Assembly: GCA_964016885.1 (NCBI GenBank)
Contig: OZ024740.1
Coordinates: 248,001-312,000, forward strand
From: Eledone cirrhosa
Taxonomy: Eukaryota
Direction: 5' to 3'
DNA length: 64,000 nucleotides
The notes under the pieces are model-generated. The model made no database searches and was not told where the DNA came from. It worked only from the letters and a program-made list of their open reading frames with translations. A program made the position numbers and the translations under genes. The stretch's first letter is position 1; each line of letters starts with the position of its first letter. Shown in pieces: positions 15,001 through 30,000 of the stretch.

Positions 15001-18000
15001 GGTGTGTGTGAGAGACAGTATGGTGTGTGTGAGAGAGACAGCATGGTGTGTGTGAGAGACAGTATGGTGTGTGTGAGAGACAGTATGGTGTGTGTGAGAG
15101 AGACAGTATCATGTGTGTGAGAGAGACAGTATGGTGTGTGTGAGAGACAGACAGTATGGTGTATGTGAGAGACAGACAGTATGGTGTGTGTGAGAGAGAC
15201 AGTATGGTGTGTGAGAGAGACAGTATGGTGTGTGAGAGAGACAGTATGGTGTGTGTGAGAGACAGTATGGTGTGTGTGAGAGAGACAGCATGGTGTGTGT
15301 GAGAGACAGTATGGTGTGTGTGAGAGACAGTATGGTGTGTGTGAGAGAGACAGTATCATGTGTGTGAGAGAGACAGTATGGTGTGTGAGAGACAGACAGT
15401 ATGGTGTGTGTGAGAGACAGACAGTATGGTGTGTGTGAGAGAGACAGTATCGTGTGTGTGTGAGAGACAGTATGGTGTGTGTGAGAGACAGTATGGTGTG
15501 TGTGAGAGACAGTATGGTGTGTGTGAGAGACAGTATGGTGTGTGTGAGAGACAGTATGGTGTGTGTGAGAGACAGTATGGTGTGTGTGAGAGACAGTATG
15601 GTGTGTGTGAGAGACAGTATGGTGTGTGTGAGAGACAGACAGTATGGTGTGTGTGAGAGACAGACAGTATGGTGTATGTGAGAGACAGACAGTATGGTGT
15701 GTGTGAGAGAGACAGTATGGTGTTTGAGAGAGACAGTATGGTGTGTGAGAGAGACAGTATGGTGTGTGAGAGAGACTGTATGGTGTGTGAGAGAGACAGT
15801 ATGGTGTGTGAGAGAGACAGTATGGTGTGTGAGAGAGACAGTATGGTGTGTGAGAGAGACAGTATGGTGTGTGTGAGAGACAGTATGGTGTGTGTGAGAG
15901 ACAGTATGGTGTGTGTGAGAGACAGCATGGTGTGTGTGAGAGAGACAATATGGTGTGTGAGAGACAGTATGGTGTGTGTGAGAGAGACAGTATGGTGTGT
16001 GTGAGAGAGACAGTATGGTGTGTGTGAGAGACAGTATGGTGTGTGTGAGAGAGAAAGTATGGTGTGTGTGAGAGACAGTATGGTGTGTGCGAGAGAGACA
16101 GTATGGTGTGTGTGAGAGAGAGACAGTATGGTGTGTGTGTGAGAGAGACAGTATGGTGTGTGTGTGAGAGAGACAGTATGGTGTGTGTGTGAGAGAGACA
16201 GTATGGTGTGTGTGTGAGAGACAGTATGGTGTGTGTGTGAGAGAGACAGTATGGTGTGTGTGAGAGAGACAGTATGGTGTGTGAGAGAGACAGTATGGTG
16301 TGTGAGAGAGAGACAGTATGGTGGGTGAGAGAGAGACAGTATGGTGTGTGAGAGAGACAGTATGGTGTGTGTGAGTGAGACAGTATGGTGTGAGAGAGAG
16401 AGTATGGTGTGTGAGAGAGACAGTATGGTGTGTGTGAGAGAGACAGTATGGTGTGTGTGAGAGAGACAGTATGGTGTGTGTGAGAGAGACAGTATGGTGT
16501 GTGAGAGAGACAGTATGGTGTGTGTGAGAGAGAGACAGTATGGTGTGTGTGAGAGAAAGAGAGTATGGTGTGTGTGAGAGAAAGAGAGTATGGTGTGTTT
16601 GAGAGAGACAGTATGGTGTGTGAGAGAGAGAGTATGGTGTGTGTGTCAGAGAGACAGAATGGTGTGTGTCAGAGAGACAGAATGGTGTGTGTCAGAGAGA
16701 CAGTATGGTGTGTGTGAGAGACAGTATGGTGTATGTGTGAGAGAGACAGCATGGTGTGTGTGAGACAGACAGTATGGTGTGTGTGAGACAGACAGTATGG
16801 TGTGTGAGACAGACAGTATGGTGTGTGAGAGAGACAGTATGGTGTGTGTGAGAGAGACAGTATGGTGTGTGTGAGACAGACAGTATGGTGTGTGAGACAG
16901 ACAGTATGGTGTGTGAGACAGACAGTATGGTGTGTGAGAGAGAGACAGTTTGGTGTGAGAGAGAGACAGCATGGTGTGTGAGAGAGAGACAGTATGGTGT
17001 GTGTGAGACAGACAGTATGGTGTGTGTGAGACAGACAGTATGGTGTGTGAGAGAGACAGTATGGTGTGTGTGAGAGAGACAGTATGGTGTGTGAGAGAGA
17101 GACAGTATGGTGTGTGTGAGAGAGACAGTATGGTGTGTGTGAGAGAGACAGTATGGTGTGTGTGAGAGACAGTATGGTGTGTGTGAGAGACAGTATGGTG
17201 TGTGTGTGAGAGACAGACAGTATGGTGTGTGTGAGAGAGACAGTATGGTGGGTGAGAGAGAGACAGTATGGTGTGTGTGTGAGACAGACAGTATGGTGTG
17301 TGTGTGAGAGAGACAGTATGGTGTGTGTGAGAGACAGTATAGTGTGTGTGAGAGAGACAGTTTGGTGTGTGTGAGAGAGACAGTATGGTGTGTGTGAGAG
17401 ACAGTATGGTGTGTGTGAGAGAGACAGTATGGTGTGTGTGAGAGAGACAGTATGGTGTGTGTGAGACAGACAGTATGGTGTGTGTGTGAGAGACAGAATG
17501 GTGTGTGTCAGAGAGACAGTATGGTGTGTGTATGAGACAGTATGGTGTGTGTCAGAGAGACAGTATGGTGTGTGTATGAGACATTATGGTGTATGTGTGA
17601 GAGAGACAGACAGTATTGTGTGTGTGAGAGACAGTATCATGTGTGTGAGAGAGACAGTATGGTGTGTGTGAGAGAGACAGTATCGTGTGTGTGTGAGAGA
17701 CAGTATGGTGTGTGTGAGAGACAGTATGGTGTGTGTGAGAGACAGTATGGTGTGTGTGAGAGACAGTATGGTGTGTGTGAGAGACAGTATGGTGTGTGTG
17801 AGAGACAGTATGGTGTGTGTGAGAGACAGTATGGTGTGTGTGAGAGACAGACAGTATGGTGTGTGTGAGAGACAGACAGTATGGTGTATGTGAGAGACAG
17901 ACAGTATGGTGTATGTGAGAGACAGACAGTATGGTGTGTGTGAGAGAGACAGTATGGTGTGTGAGAGAGACAGTATGGTGTGTGAGAGAGACAGTATGGT

Positions 18001-21000
18001 GTGTGAGAGAGACTGTATGGTGTGTGAGAGAGACAGTATGGTGTGTGAGAGAGACAGTATGGTGTGTGAGAGAGACAGTATGGTGTGTGAGAGAGACAGT
18101 ATGGTGTGTGTGAGAGACAGTATGGTGTGTGTGAGAGACAGTATGGTGTGTGTGAGAGACAGCATGGTGTGTGTGAGAGAGACAATATGGTGTGTGAGAG
18201 ACAGTATGGTGTGTGTGAGAGAGACAGTATGGTGTGTGTGAGAGAGACAGTATGGTGTGTGTGAGAGACAGTATGGTGTGTGTGAGAGAGAAAGTATGGT
18301 GTGTGTGAGAGACAGTATGGTGTGTGCGAGAGAGACAGTATGGTGTGTGTGAGAGAGAGACAGTATGGTGTGTGTGTGAGAGAGACAGTATGGTGTGTGT
18401 GTGAGAGAGACAGTATGGTGTGTGTGTGAGAGAGACAGTATGGTGTGTGTGTGAGAGACAGTATGGTGTGTGTGTGAGAGAGACAGTATGGTGTGTGTGA
18501 GAGAGACAGTATGGTGTGTGAGAGAGACAGTATGGTGTGTGAGAGAGAGACAGTATGGTGGGTGAGAGAGAGACAGTATGGTGTGTGAGAGAGACAGTAT
18601 GGTGTGTGTGAGTGAGACAGTATGGTGTGAGAGAGAGAGTATGGTGTGTGAGAGAGACAGTATGGTGTGTGTGAGAGAGACAGTATGGTGTGTGTGAGAG
18701 AGACAGTATGGTGTGTGTGAGAGAGACAGTATGGTGTGTGAGAGAGACAGTATGGTGTGTGTGAGAGAGAGACAGTATGGTGTGTGTGAGAGAAAGAGAG
18801 TATGGTGTGTGTGAGAGAAAGAGAGTATGGTGTGTTTGAGAGAGACAGTATGGTGTGTGAGAGAGAGAGTATGGTGTGTGTGTCAGAGAGACAGAATGGT
18901 GTGTGTCAGAGAGACAGAATGGTGTGTGTCAGAGAGACAGTATGGTGTGTGTGAGAGACAGTATGGTGTATGTGTGAGAGAGACAGCATGGTGTGTGTGA
19001 GACAGACAGTATGGTGTGTGTGAGACAGACAGTATGGTGTGTGAGACAGACAGTATGGTGTGTGAGAGAGACAGTATGGTGTGTGTGAGAGAGACAGTAT
19101 GGTGTGTGTGAGACAGACAGTATGGTGTGTGAGACAGACAGTATGGTGTGTGAGACAGACAGTATGGTGTGTGAGAGAGAGACAGTTTGGTGTGAGAGAG
19201 AGACAGCATGGTGTGTGAGAGAGAGACAGTATGGTGTGTGTGAGACAGACAGTATGGTGTGTGTGAGACAGACAGTATGGTGTGTGAGAGAGACAGTATG
19301 GTGTGTGTGAGAGAGACAGTATGGTGTGTGAGAGAGAGACAGTATGGTGTGTGTGAGAGAGACAGTATGGTGTGTGTGAGAGAGACAGTATGGTGTGTGT
19401 GAGAGACAGTATGGTGTGTGTGTGAGAGACAGACAGTATGGTGTGTGTGAGAGAGACAGTATGGTGGGTGAGAGAGAGACAGTATGGTGTGTGTGTGAGA
19501 GAGACAGTATGGTGTGTGTGTGAGAGAGACAGTATGGTGTGTGAGAGAGAGACAGTATGGTGTGTGTGAGAGACAGTATAGTGTGTGTGAGAGAGACAGT
19601 TTGGTGTGTGTGAGAGAGACAGTATGGTGTGTGTGAGAGACAGTATGGTGTGTGTGAGAGAGACAGTATGGTGTGTGTGAGAGAGACAGTATGGTGTGTG
19701 TGAGACAGACAGTATGGTGTGTGTGTGAGAGACAGAATGGTGTGTGTCAGAGAGTCAGTATGGTGTGTGTGAGACACAGTATGGTGTGTGTGAGAGAGAG
19801 ACAGTACGGTGTGTGTGTGAGAGACAGTATGGTGTGTGCGTGAGAGAGACAGTATGGTGTGTGTGTGTGAGAGGGACAGTATGGTGTGTGTGTGAGAGAG
19901 ACAGTTTGGTGTGTGTGAGAGACAGTAGGGTGTGTGTGAGAGAGAGAGTATGGTGTGTGTGAAGACAGTATGGTGTGTGAGAGAGACAGTATGGTGTGTG
20001 TGAGAGAAAGAGAGTATGGTGTGTGTGAGAGAGAGACAGTATGTTGTGTGTGTGAGAGAAAGTATGGTGTGTGTGTGAGAGACAGTATGGTGTGTGTGAG
20101 AGAGACAGTATGGTGTGTGTGAGAGAGAGACAGTATGGTGTGTGTGAGAGAAAGAGAGTATGGTGTATGAGAGAGACAGTATGGTGTGTGAGAGAGAGAG
20201 GATGGTGTGTGTGAGAGAGACAGTATGGTGTGTGAGAGAGACAGTATGGTGTGTGTCAGAGAGACAGTATGGTGTGTGTGAGAGAGAGACAGTATGGTGT
20301 GTGTCAGAGAGACAGTATGGTGTGTGTGAGAGAGAGACAGTATGGTGTGTGTGAGAGAGAGACAGTATGGTGTGTGTGAGAGAAAGAGAGTATGGTGTGT
20401 GTGAGAGAGACAGTATGGTGTGTGAGAGAGACAGTATGGTGTGTGAGAGAGACAGTATGGTGTGTGAGAGAGACAGTATGGTATGTGAGAGAGACAGTAT
20501 GGTGTGTGCGAGAGAGACAGTATGGTGTGTGTGAGAGAGAGACAGTATGGTGTGTGTCAGAGAGACAGTATGGTGTGTGTGTGCGAGAAAGAGAGTATGG
20601 TGTGTGTGAGAGAGACAGTATGGCGTGTGAGAGAGAGAGTATGGTGTGTGTGTGTGAGAGACAGAATGGTGTGTGTCAGAGAGACAGTATGGTGTGTGTA
20701 TGAGACAGTATGGTGTGTGTGAGAGAGACAGTATGGTGTGTGTGAGACAGTATGATGTGTGAGAGAGACATTATGGTGTATGTGTGAGAGAGACAGTATG
20801 GTGTGTGTGAGAGAGATAGCATGGTGTGTGTGAGACAGACAGTATGGTGTGTGTGAGACAGACAGTATGGTGTGTGTGAGACAGACAGTATGGTGTGTGT
20901 GAGACAGACAGTATGGTGTGTGAGAGAGAGACAGTATGGTGTGTGTGAGAGACAGTATGGTGTGTGTGAGAGAGACAGCATGGTGTGTGTGAGAGACAGT

Positions 21001-24000
21001 ATGGTGTGTGTGAGAGACAGTATGGTGTGTGTGAGAGAGACAGTATCATGTGTGTGAGAGAGACAGTATGGTGTGTGAGAGAGAGACAGTATGGTGTGTG
21101 TGAGAGACAGACAGTATGGTGTGTGTGAGAGACAGACAGTACGGTGTGTGTGAGAGACAGACAGTATGGTGTGTGTGAGAGAGACAGTATCGTGTGTGTG
21201 TGAGAGACAGTATGGTATGTGTGAGAGACAGTATGGTGTGTGTGAGAGACAGTATGGTGTGTGTGAGAGAGAGACAGTATGGTGTGTGTGTGAGAGAGAC
21301 AGTATGGTGTGTGTGTGAGAGACAGTATGGTGTGTGTGTGAGAGAGACAGTACGGTGTGTGTGTGAGAGACAGTATGGTGTGTGCGTGAGAGAGACAGTA
21401 TGGTGTGTGTGCGAGAGGGACAGTATGGTGTGTGTGAGAGAGAGACAGTATGGTGTGTGTGTGAGAGAGACAGTATGGTGTGTGTGTGAGAGACAGTATG
21501 GTGTGTGTGTGAGAGAGATAGTACGGTGTGTGTGTGAGAGACAGTATGGTGTGTGCGTGAGAGAGACAGTATGGTGTGTGTGCGAGAGGGACAGTATGGT
21601 GTGTGTGTGAGAGAGACAGTTTGGTGTGTGTGAGAGAGACAGTATGGTGTGTGTGAGAGAGACAGTATGGTGTGTGTGAGAGAGACAGTATGGTGTCAGA
21701 GAGACAGTATGGTGTGTGTGAGAGAGACAGTATGGTGTGTGTGTGAGGGAGAGACAGTATGGTGTGTGAGAGAGAGACAGTATGGTGTGTGAGAGAGAGA
21801 CAGTATGGTGTGTGAGAGAGAGACAGTATGGTGTGTGTGAGAGAGAGACAGTACGCTGTGTGTGAGAGTCAGTATGGTGTGTGTGAGACACAGTATGGTG
21901 TGTGTGAGAGAGAGACAGTACGGTGTGTGTGTGAGGGACAGTATGGTGTGTGTGTGAGAGAGACAGTTTGGTGTGTGTGAGAGACAGTAGGGTGTGTGTG
22001 AGAGAGAGAGTATGGTGTGTGTGAAGACAGTATGGTGTGTGAGAGAGACAGTATGGTGTGTGTGAGAGAAAGAGAGTATGTTGTGTGTGTGAGAGAAAGT
22101 ATGGTGTGTGTGTGAGAGACAGTATGGTGTGTGTGAGAGAGACAGTATGGTGTGTGTGAGAGAGAGACAGTATGGTGTGTGTGAGAGAGAGACAGTATGG
22201 TGTGTGTCAGAGAGACAGTATGGTGTGTGTGTGCGAGAAAGAGAGTATGGTGTGTGTGAGAGAGACAGTATGGCGTGTGAGAGAGAGAGTATGGTGTGTG
22301 TGTGAGAGACAGAATGGTGTGTGTCAGAGAGACAGTATGGTGTGTGTATGAGACAGTATGGTGTGTGTGAGAGAGACAGTATGGTGTGTGAGAGAGACAG
22401 TATGGTGTGTGTCAGAGAGACAGTATGGTGTGTGTGAGAGAGAGACAGTATGGTGTGTGTCAGAGAGACAGTATGGTGTGTGTGAGAGAGAGACAGTATG
22501 GTGTGTGTGAGAGAAAGAGAGTATGGTGTGTGTGAGAGAGACAGTATGGTGTGTGAGAGAGACAGTATGGTGTGTGAGAGAGACAGTATGGTATGTGAGA
22601 GAGACAGTATGGTGTGTGCGAGAGAGACAGTATGGTGTGTGTGAGAGAGAGACAGTATGGTGTGTGTCAGAGAGACAGTATGGTGTGTGTGTGCGAGAAA
22701 GAGAGTATGGTGTGTGTGAGAGAGACAGTATGGCGTGTGAGAGAGAGAGTATGGTGTGTGTGTGAGAGACAGAATGGTGTGTGTCAGAGAGACAGTATGG
22801 TGTGTGTATGAGACAGTATGGTGTGTGTGAGAGAGACAGTATGGTGTGTGTGAGACAGTATGATGTGTGAGAGAGACATTATGGTGTATGTGTGAGAGAG
22901 ACAGTATGGTGTGTGTGAGACAGACAGTATGGTGTGTGTGAGACAGACAGTATGGTGTGTGTGAGACAGACAGTATGGTGTGTGTGAGACAGACAGTATG
23001 GTGTGTGTGAGACAGACAGTATGGTGTGTGAGAGAGAGACAGTATGGTGTGTGTGAGAGACAGTATGGTGTGTGTGAGAGAGACAGCATGGTGTGTGTGA
23101 GAGACAGTATGGTGTGTGTGAGAGACAGTATGGTGTGTGTGAGAGAGACAGTATCATGTGTGTGAGAGAGACAGTATGGTGTGTGAGAGAGAGACAGTAT
23201 GGTGTGTGTGAGAGACAGACAGTATGGTGTGTGTGAGAGACAGACAGTATGGTGTGTGTGAGAGACAGACAGTACGGTGTGTGTGAGAGACAGACAGTAT
23301 GGTGTGTGTGAGAGAGACAGTATCGTGTGTGTGTGAGAGACAGTATGGTATGTGTGAGAGACAGTATGGTGTGTGTGAGAGACAGTATGGTGTGTGTGAG
23401 AGACAGTATGGTGTGTGTGAGAGACAGTATGGTGTGTGTGAGAAACTGTATGGTGTGTGAGAGAGACAGTATGGTGTGTGAGAGAGACAGTATGGTGTGT
23501 GAGAGAGACAGTATGGTGTGTGAGAGAGACAGTATGGTGTGTGTGAGAGACAGTATGGTGTGCGTGAGAGACAGCATGGTGTGTGTGAGAGAGACAATAT
23601 GGTGTGTGAGAGACAGTATGGTGTGTGTGAGAGAGACAGTATGGTGTGTGTGAGAGACAGTATGGTGTGTGTGAGAGAGAAAGTATGGTGTGTGTGAGAG
23701 ACAGTATGGTGTGTGCGAGAGAGACAGTATGGTGTGTGTGAGAGAGAGACAGTATGGTGTATGTGAGAGACAGACAGTATGGTGTGTGCGAGAGAGACAG
23801 TATGGTGTGTGAGAGAGACAGTATGGTGGGTGAGAGAGAGACAGTATGGTGTGTGAGAGAAACTGTATGGTGTGTGAGAGAGACAGTATGGTGTGTGAGA
23901 GAGACAGTATGGTGTGTGAGAGAGACAGTATGGTGTGTGAGAGAGACAGTATGGTGTGTGTGAGAGACAGTATGGTGTGCGTGAGAGACAGCATGGTGTG

Positions 24001-27000
24001 TGTGAGAGAGACAATATGGTGTGTGAGAGACAGTATGGTGTGTGTGAGAGAGACAGTATGGTGTGTGTGAGAGACAGTATGGTGTGTGTGAGAGAGAAAG
24101 TATGGTGTGTGTGAGAGACAGTATGGTGTGTGCGAGAGAGACAGTATGGTGTGTGTGAGAGAGAGACAGTATGGTGTGTGTGTGAGAGAGACAGTATGGT
24201 GTGTGTGTGAGAGACAGTATGGTGTGTGTGTGAGAGAGACAGTATGGTGTGTGTGTGAGAGAGACAGTATGGTGTGAGTGAGAGAGACAGTATGGTGTGT
24301 GAGAGAGACAGTATGGTGTGTGTGAGAGAGAGACAGTATGGTGTGTGTGAGAGAGAGACAGTATGGTGTGTGTGAGAGAAAGAGAGTATGGTGTGTGTGA
24401 GCGAGACAGTATGGTGTGTGAGAGAGAGAGTATGGTGTGTGTGAGAGAGACAGTATGGTGTGTGTGAGAGAGAGACAGTATGGTGTGTGTGAGAGAGGGA
24501 CAGTATGGTGTGTGTGAGAGAGAGACAGTATGGTGTGTGCGTGAGAGACAGTATGATGTGTGTGTGTGAGAGACAGTATGGTGTGTGTGTGAGAGAGACA
24601 GTATGGTGTGTGTGAGAGAGACAGTATAGTGTGTGAGAGAGACAGTATGGTGTGTGTGAGAGAGACAGTATGGTGTGTGTGAGAGAAAGAGAGTATGGTG
24701 TGTGTGAGCGAGACAGTATGGTGTGTGAGAGAGAGAGTATGGTGTGTGTGAGAGAGACAGTATGGTGTGTGAGAGAGAGACAGTATGGTGTGTGAGAGAG
24801 AGAGTATGTTGTGTGTGTGAGAGACAGAATGGTGTGTTAGAGACAGGGACAGTATGGTGTGTGTGAGAGAGAGACAGTATGGTGTGTGTGAGAGTAAGAG
24901 AGTATGGTGTGTGTGAGAGAGACAGTATGGTGTGTGTGAGAGAGACAGTATGGTGTGTGAGAGAGAGAGTATGGTGTGTGTGTGAGAGACAGAATGGTGT
25001 GTGTGAGAGAGACAGTATGGTGTGTGAGAGAGACAGTATGGTGGGTGAGAGAGAGACAGTATGGTGTGTGAGAGAGACAGTATGGTGTGTGTGAGAGAGA
25101 CAGTATGGTGTGTGTGAGAGAGACAGTATGGTGTGAGAGAGACACTATGGTGTGTGAGAGAGACAGTATGGTTTGTGTGAGAGAGACAGTATGGTGTGTG
25201 TGAGAGAGACAGTATGGTGTGTGTGAGAGAGAGACAGTATGGTGTGTGTGAGAGAAAGAGAGTATGGTGTGTGTGAGAGAGACAGTATGGTGTGTGAGAG
25301 AGAGAGTATGGTGTGTGTGTGAGAGACAGAATGGTGTGTGTCAGAGAGACAGTATGGTGTGTGTGAGAGAGACAGTATGGTGTGAGTGAGAGAGACAGTA
25401 TGGTGTGTGTGAGACAGTATGGTGTGTGAGAGAGACAGTATGGTGTATGTGAGAGAGAGACAGTATGGTGTGTGTGAGAGAGACAGCATGGTGTGTGTGA
25501 GAGAGACAGCATGGTGTGTGTGAGACAGACAGTATGGTGTGTTAGACAGACAGTATGGTGTGTGAGACAGACAGTATGGTGTGTGAGAGAGACAGTTGGT
25601 GTGTGTGAGAGAAAACAGTATGGTGTGTGTGAGACAGACAGTATGGTGTGTGACAGAGACAGTATGGTGTGAGAGAGAGACAGCGGGGTGTGTGTGAGAG
25701 AGACAGTATGGTGTGAGAGAGAGACAGTATGGTGTGTGTGTGAGACAGACAGTATGGTGTGTGTGAGAGAGACAGTATGGTGTGTGTGAGAGAGACAGTA
25801 TGGTGTGCGAGAGAGAGACAGTATGGTGTGTGTGAGAGAGACAGTATGGTGTGTGTGAGAGAGACAGTATGGTGTGTGTGAGAGACAGTATGGTGTGTGT
25901 GAGAGAGACAGTATGGTGTGTGTGAGAGAGACAGTATGGTGGGTGAGAGAAAGACAGTATGGTGTGTGTGTGAGAGAGACAGTATGGTGTGTGAGAGAGA
26001 CAGCATGGTGTGTGTGAGAGAGACAGTATGGTGTGTGTGAGAGACAGTATGGTGTGTGTGAGAGAGACAGTTTGGTGTGTGTGAGAGAGACAGTATGGTG
26101 TGTGTGAGAGACAGTATGGTGTGTGTGAGAGAGACAGTTTGGTGTGTGTGAGAGAGACAGTATGGTGTGTGTGAGAGACAGTATGGTGTGTGTGAGAGAG
26201 ACAGTATGGTGTGTGTGAGAGACAGACAGTATGGTGTGTGTGTGTGAGAGAGACAGTATGGTGTGTGAGAGAGAGACAGTATGGTGTGTGTGAGAGAGAC
26301 ACTATGGTGTGTGAGAGACAGAGAGAGTATGGTGTGTGTGAGAGAGACAGTATGGTGTGTGAGAGAGAGACAGTATGGTGTGTGAGAGAGAGAGTATGTT
26401 GTGTGTGTGAGAGACAGAATGGTGTGTTAGAGACAGGGACAGTATGGTGTGTGTGAGAGAGAGACAGTATGGTGTGTGTGAGAGTAAGAGAGTATGGTGT
26501 GTGTGAGAGAGACAGTATGGTGTGTGTGAGAGAGACAGTATAGTGTGTGAGAGAGAGAGTATGGTGTGTGTGTGAGAGACAGAATGGTGTGTGTGAGAGA
26601 GACAGTATGGTGTGTGAGAGAGACAGTATGGTGGGTGAGAGAGAGACAGTATGGTGTGTGAGAGAGACAGTATGGTGTGTGTGAGAGAGACAGTATGGTG
26701 TGAGAGAGACACTATGGTGTGTGAGAGAGACAGTATGGTTTGTGTGAGAGAGACAGTATGGTGTGTGTGAGAGAGACAGTATGGTGTGTGTGAGAGAGAG
26801 ACAGTATGGTGTGTGTGAGAGAAAGAGAGTATGGTGTGTGTGAGAGAAAGAGAGTATGGTGTGTGTGAGAGAGACAGTATGGTGTGTGAGAGAGAGAGTA
26901 TGGTGTGTGTGTGAGAGACAGAATGGTGTGTGTCAGAGAGACAGTATGGTGTGTGTGAGAGAGACAGTATGGTGTGTGTGAGACAGTATGGTGTGTGAGA

Positions 27001-30000
27001 GAGACAGTATGTTGTATGTGAGAGAGAGACAGTATGGTGTGTGTGAGAGAGACAGCATGGTGTGTGTGAGAGAGACAGCATGGTGTGTGTGAGACAGACA
27101 GTATGGTGTGTTAGACAGACAGTATGGTGTGTGAGACAGACAGTATGGTGTGTGAGAGAGACAGTATGGTGTGTGTGAGAGAAAACAGTATGGTGTGTGT
27201 GAGACAGACAGTATGGTGTGTGACAGAGACAGTATGGTGTGAGAGAGAGACAGCGGGGTGTGTGTGAGAGAGACAGTATGGTGTGAGAGAGAGACAGTAT
27301 GGTGTGTGTGAGACAGACAGTATGGTGTGTGTGAGAGAGACAGTATGGTGTGTGTGAGAGAGACAGTATGGTGTGCGAGAGAGAGACAGTATGGTGTGTG
27401 TGAGAGAGACAGTATGGTGTGTGTGAGAGAGACAGTATGGTGTGTGTGAGAGAGACAGTATGGTGTGTGTGAGAGACAGTATGGTGTGTGTGAGAGAGAC
27501 AGTATGGTGTGTGTGAGAGAGACAGTATGGTGGGTGAGAGAAAGACAGTATGGTGTGTGTGTGAGAGAGACAGTATGGTGTGTGAGAGAGACAGCATGGT
27601 GTGTGTGAGAGAGACAGTATGGTGTGTGTGAGAGACAGTATGGTGTGTGTGAGAGAGACAGTTTGGTGTGTGTGAGAGGGACAGTATGGTGTGTGTGAGA
27701 GACAGTATGGTGTGTGTGAGAGAGACAGTTTGGTGTGTGTGAGAGAGACAGTATGGTGTGTGTGAGAGACAGTATGGTGTGTGTGAGAGAGACAGTATGG
27801 TGTGTGTGAGAGACAGACAGTATGGTGTGTGTGTGTGAGAGAGACAGTATGGTGTGTGAGAGAGAGACAGTATGGTGTGTGTGAGAGAGACACTATTGTG
27901 TGTGAGAGACAGAGACAGTATGGTGTGTGAGAGAGACAGTATGGTGTGTGTGAGAGAGACAGTATGGTGTGTGAGAGAGAGACAGTATGGTGTGTGTGAG
28001 AGAGACTGTATGGTGTGTGTGAGAGAGACAGTATGGTGTGTGAGAGAGAGAGACAGTATGGTGTGTGTGAGGGAGAGAGTATGGTGTGAGAGAGAGACAG
28101 TATGGTGTGTGTGAGAGAGACAGTATGGTGTGTGTGAGAGACGGTATCGTATGTGAGAGAGAGACAGTATGGTGTGTGTGAGAGACGGTATCGTGTGTGA
28201 GAGAGAGACAGTATGGTGTGTGAGAGAGACAGTATGGTGTGTGAGAGAGAGACAGTATGGTGTGTGTGAGAGACTGTATGGTGTGTGACAGAGACAGTAT
28301 GGTGTGTGACAGAGACAGTATGGTGTGTGAGAGAGACAGTATGGTGTGTGTGAGAGAGACAGTGTGGTGTGTGAAAGAGACTGTATGGTGTGTGAGAGAG
28401 ACAGTATGGTGTGTGAGAGAGACAGTATGGTGTGTGAGAGAGACAGTATGGTGTGTTTGAGAGACAGTATGGTGTGTGTGAGAGACAGCATGGTGTGTGT
28501 GAGAGAGACAATATGGTGTGTGAGAGACAGTATGGTGTGTGTGAGAGAGACATTATGGTGTGTGTGAGAGAGAGACAGTATGGTGTGTGTGAGAGACGGT
28601 ATCGTGTGTGAGAGAGAGACAGTATGGTGTGTGTGAGAGACTGTATGGTGTGTGAGAGAGACAGTATGGTGTGTGAGAGAGACAGTATGGTGTGTGAGAG
28701 AGACAGTATGGTGTGTGTGAGAGAGACAGTATGGTGTGTGAGAGAGAGACAGTATGGTGTGTGAGAGAGACAGTATGGTGTGTGTGAGAGAGACAGTATG
28801 GTGTGTGTGAGAGAGACAGTATGGTGTGTGAGAGAGACAGTATGGTGTGTGTGAGAGAGACAGTATGGTGTGTGTGAGACAGACAGTATGGTGTGTGTGA
28901 GAGAGACAGTATGGTGTGTGTGAGAGAGACAGTATGGTGTGTGTGTGAGGGAGAGACAGTATGGTGTGTGAGAGAGAGACAGTATGGTGTGTGAGAGAGA
29001 GACAGTATGGTGTGTGAGAGAGAGACAGTATGGTGTGTGAGAGAGAGACAGTATGGTGTGTGTGAGAGAGAGACAGTACGCTGTGTGTGAGAGACAGTAT
29101 GGTGTGTGTGAGACACAGTATGGTGTGTGTGAGAGAGAGACAGTACGGTGTGTGTGTGAGAGACAGTATGCGTGAGAGAGACAGTATGGTGTGTGTGTGT
29201 GAGAGGGACAGTATGGTGTGTGTGTGAGAGAGACAGTTTGGTGTGTGTGAGAGACAGTAGGGTGTGTGTGAGAGAGAGAGTATGGTGTGTGAGAAAGACA
29301 GTATGGTGTGTGTGAGAGAAAGAGAGTATGGTGTGTGTGAGAGAGAGACAGTATGTTGTGTGTGTGAGAGAAAGTATGGTGTATGTGTGAGAGAGACAGT
29401 ATGGTGTGTGTGAGAGACAGTATGGTGTGTGTGAGAGAGAGACAGTATGGTGTGTGTGAGAGAAAGAGAGTATGGTGTATGTGAGAGAGACAGTATGGTG
29501 TATGTGAGAGAGACAGTATGGTGTGTGAGAGAGAGAGGATGGTGTGTGTGAGAGAGACAGTATGGTGTGTGAGAGAGACAGTATGGTGTGTGTCAGAGAG
29601 ACAGTATGGTGTGTGTGAGAGAGACAGTATGGTGTGTGTGAGAGAGAGACACTATGGTGTGTGTGAGAGAAAAAGAGTATGGTGTGTGTGAGAGAGACAG
29701 TATGGTGTGTGAGAGAGACAGTATGGTGTGTGAGAGAGAGAGTATGGTGTGTGTGAGAGAGATAGTATGGTGTGTGAGAGAGACAGTATGGTGTGTGAGA
29801 GAGACAGTATGGTGTGTGTGAGAGAGACAGTATGGTGTGTGTGAGACAGTATGGTGTGAGAGAGACAGTATGGTGTGTGTGAGAGAGACAGCATGGTGTG
29901 TGTGAGACAGACAGTATGGTGTGTGTGAGACAGACAGTATGGTGTGTGTGAGACAGACAGTATGGCGTGTGAGAGAGAGACAGTATGGTGTGAGAGAGAG

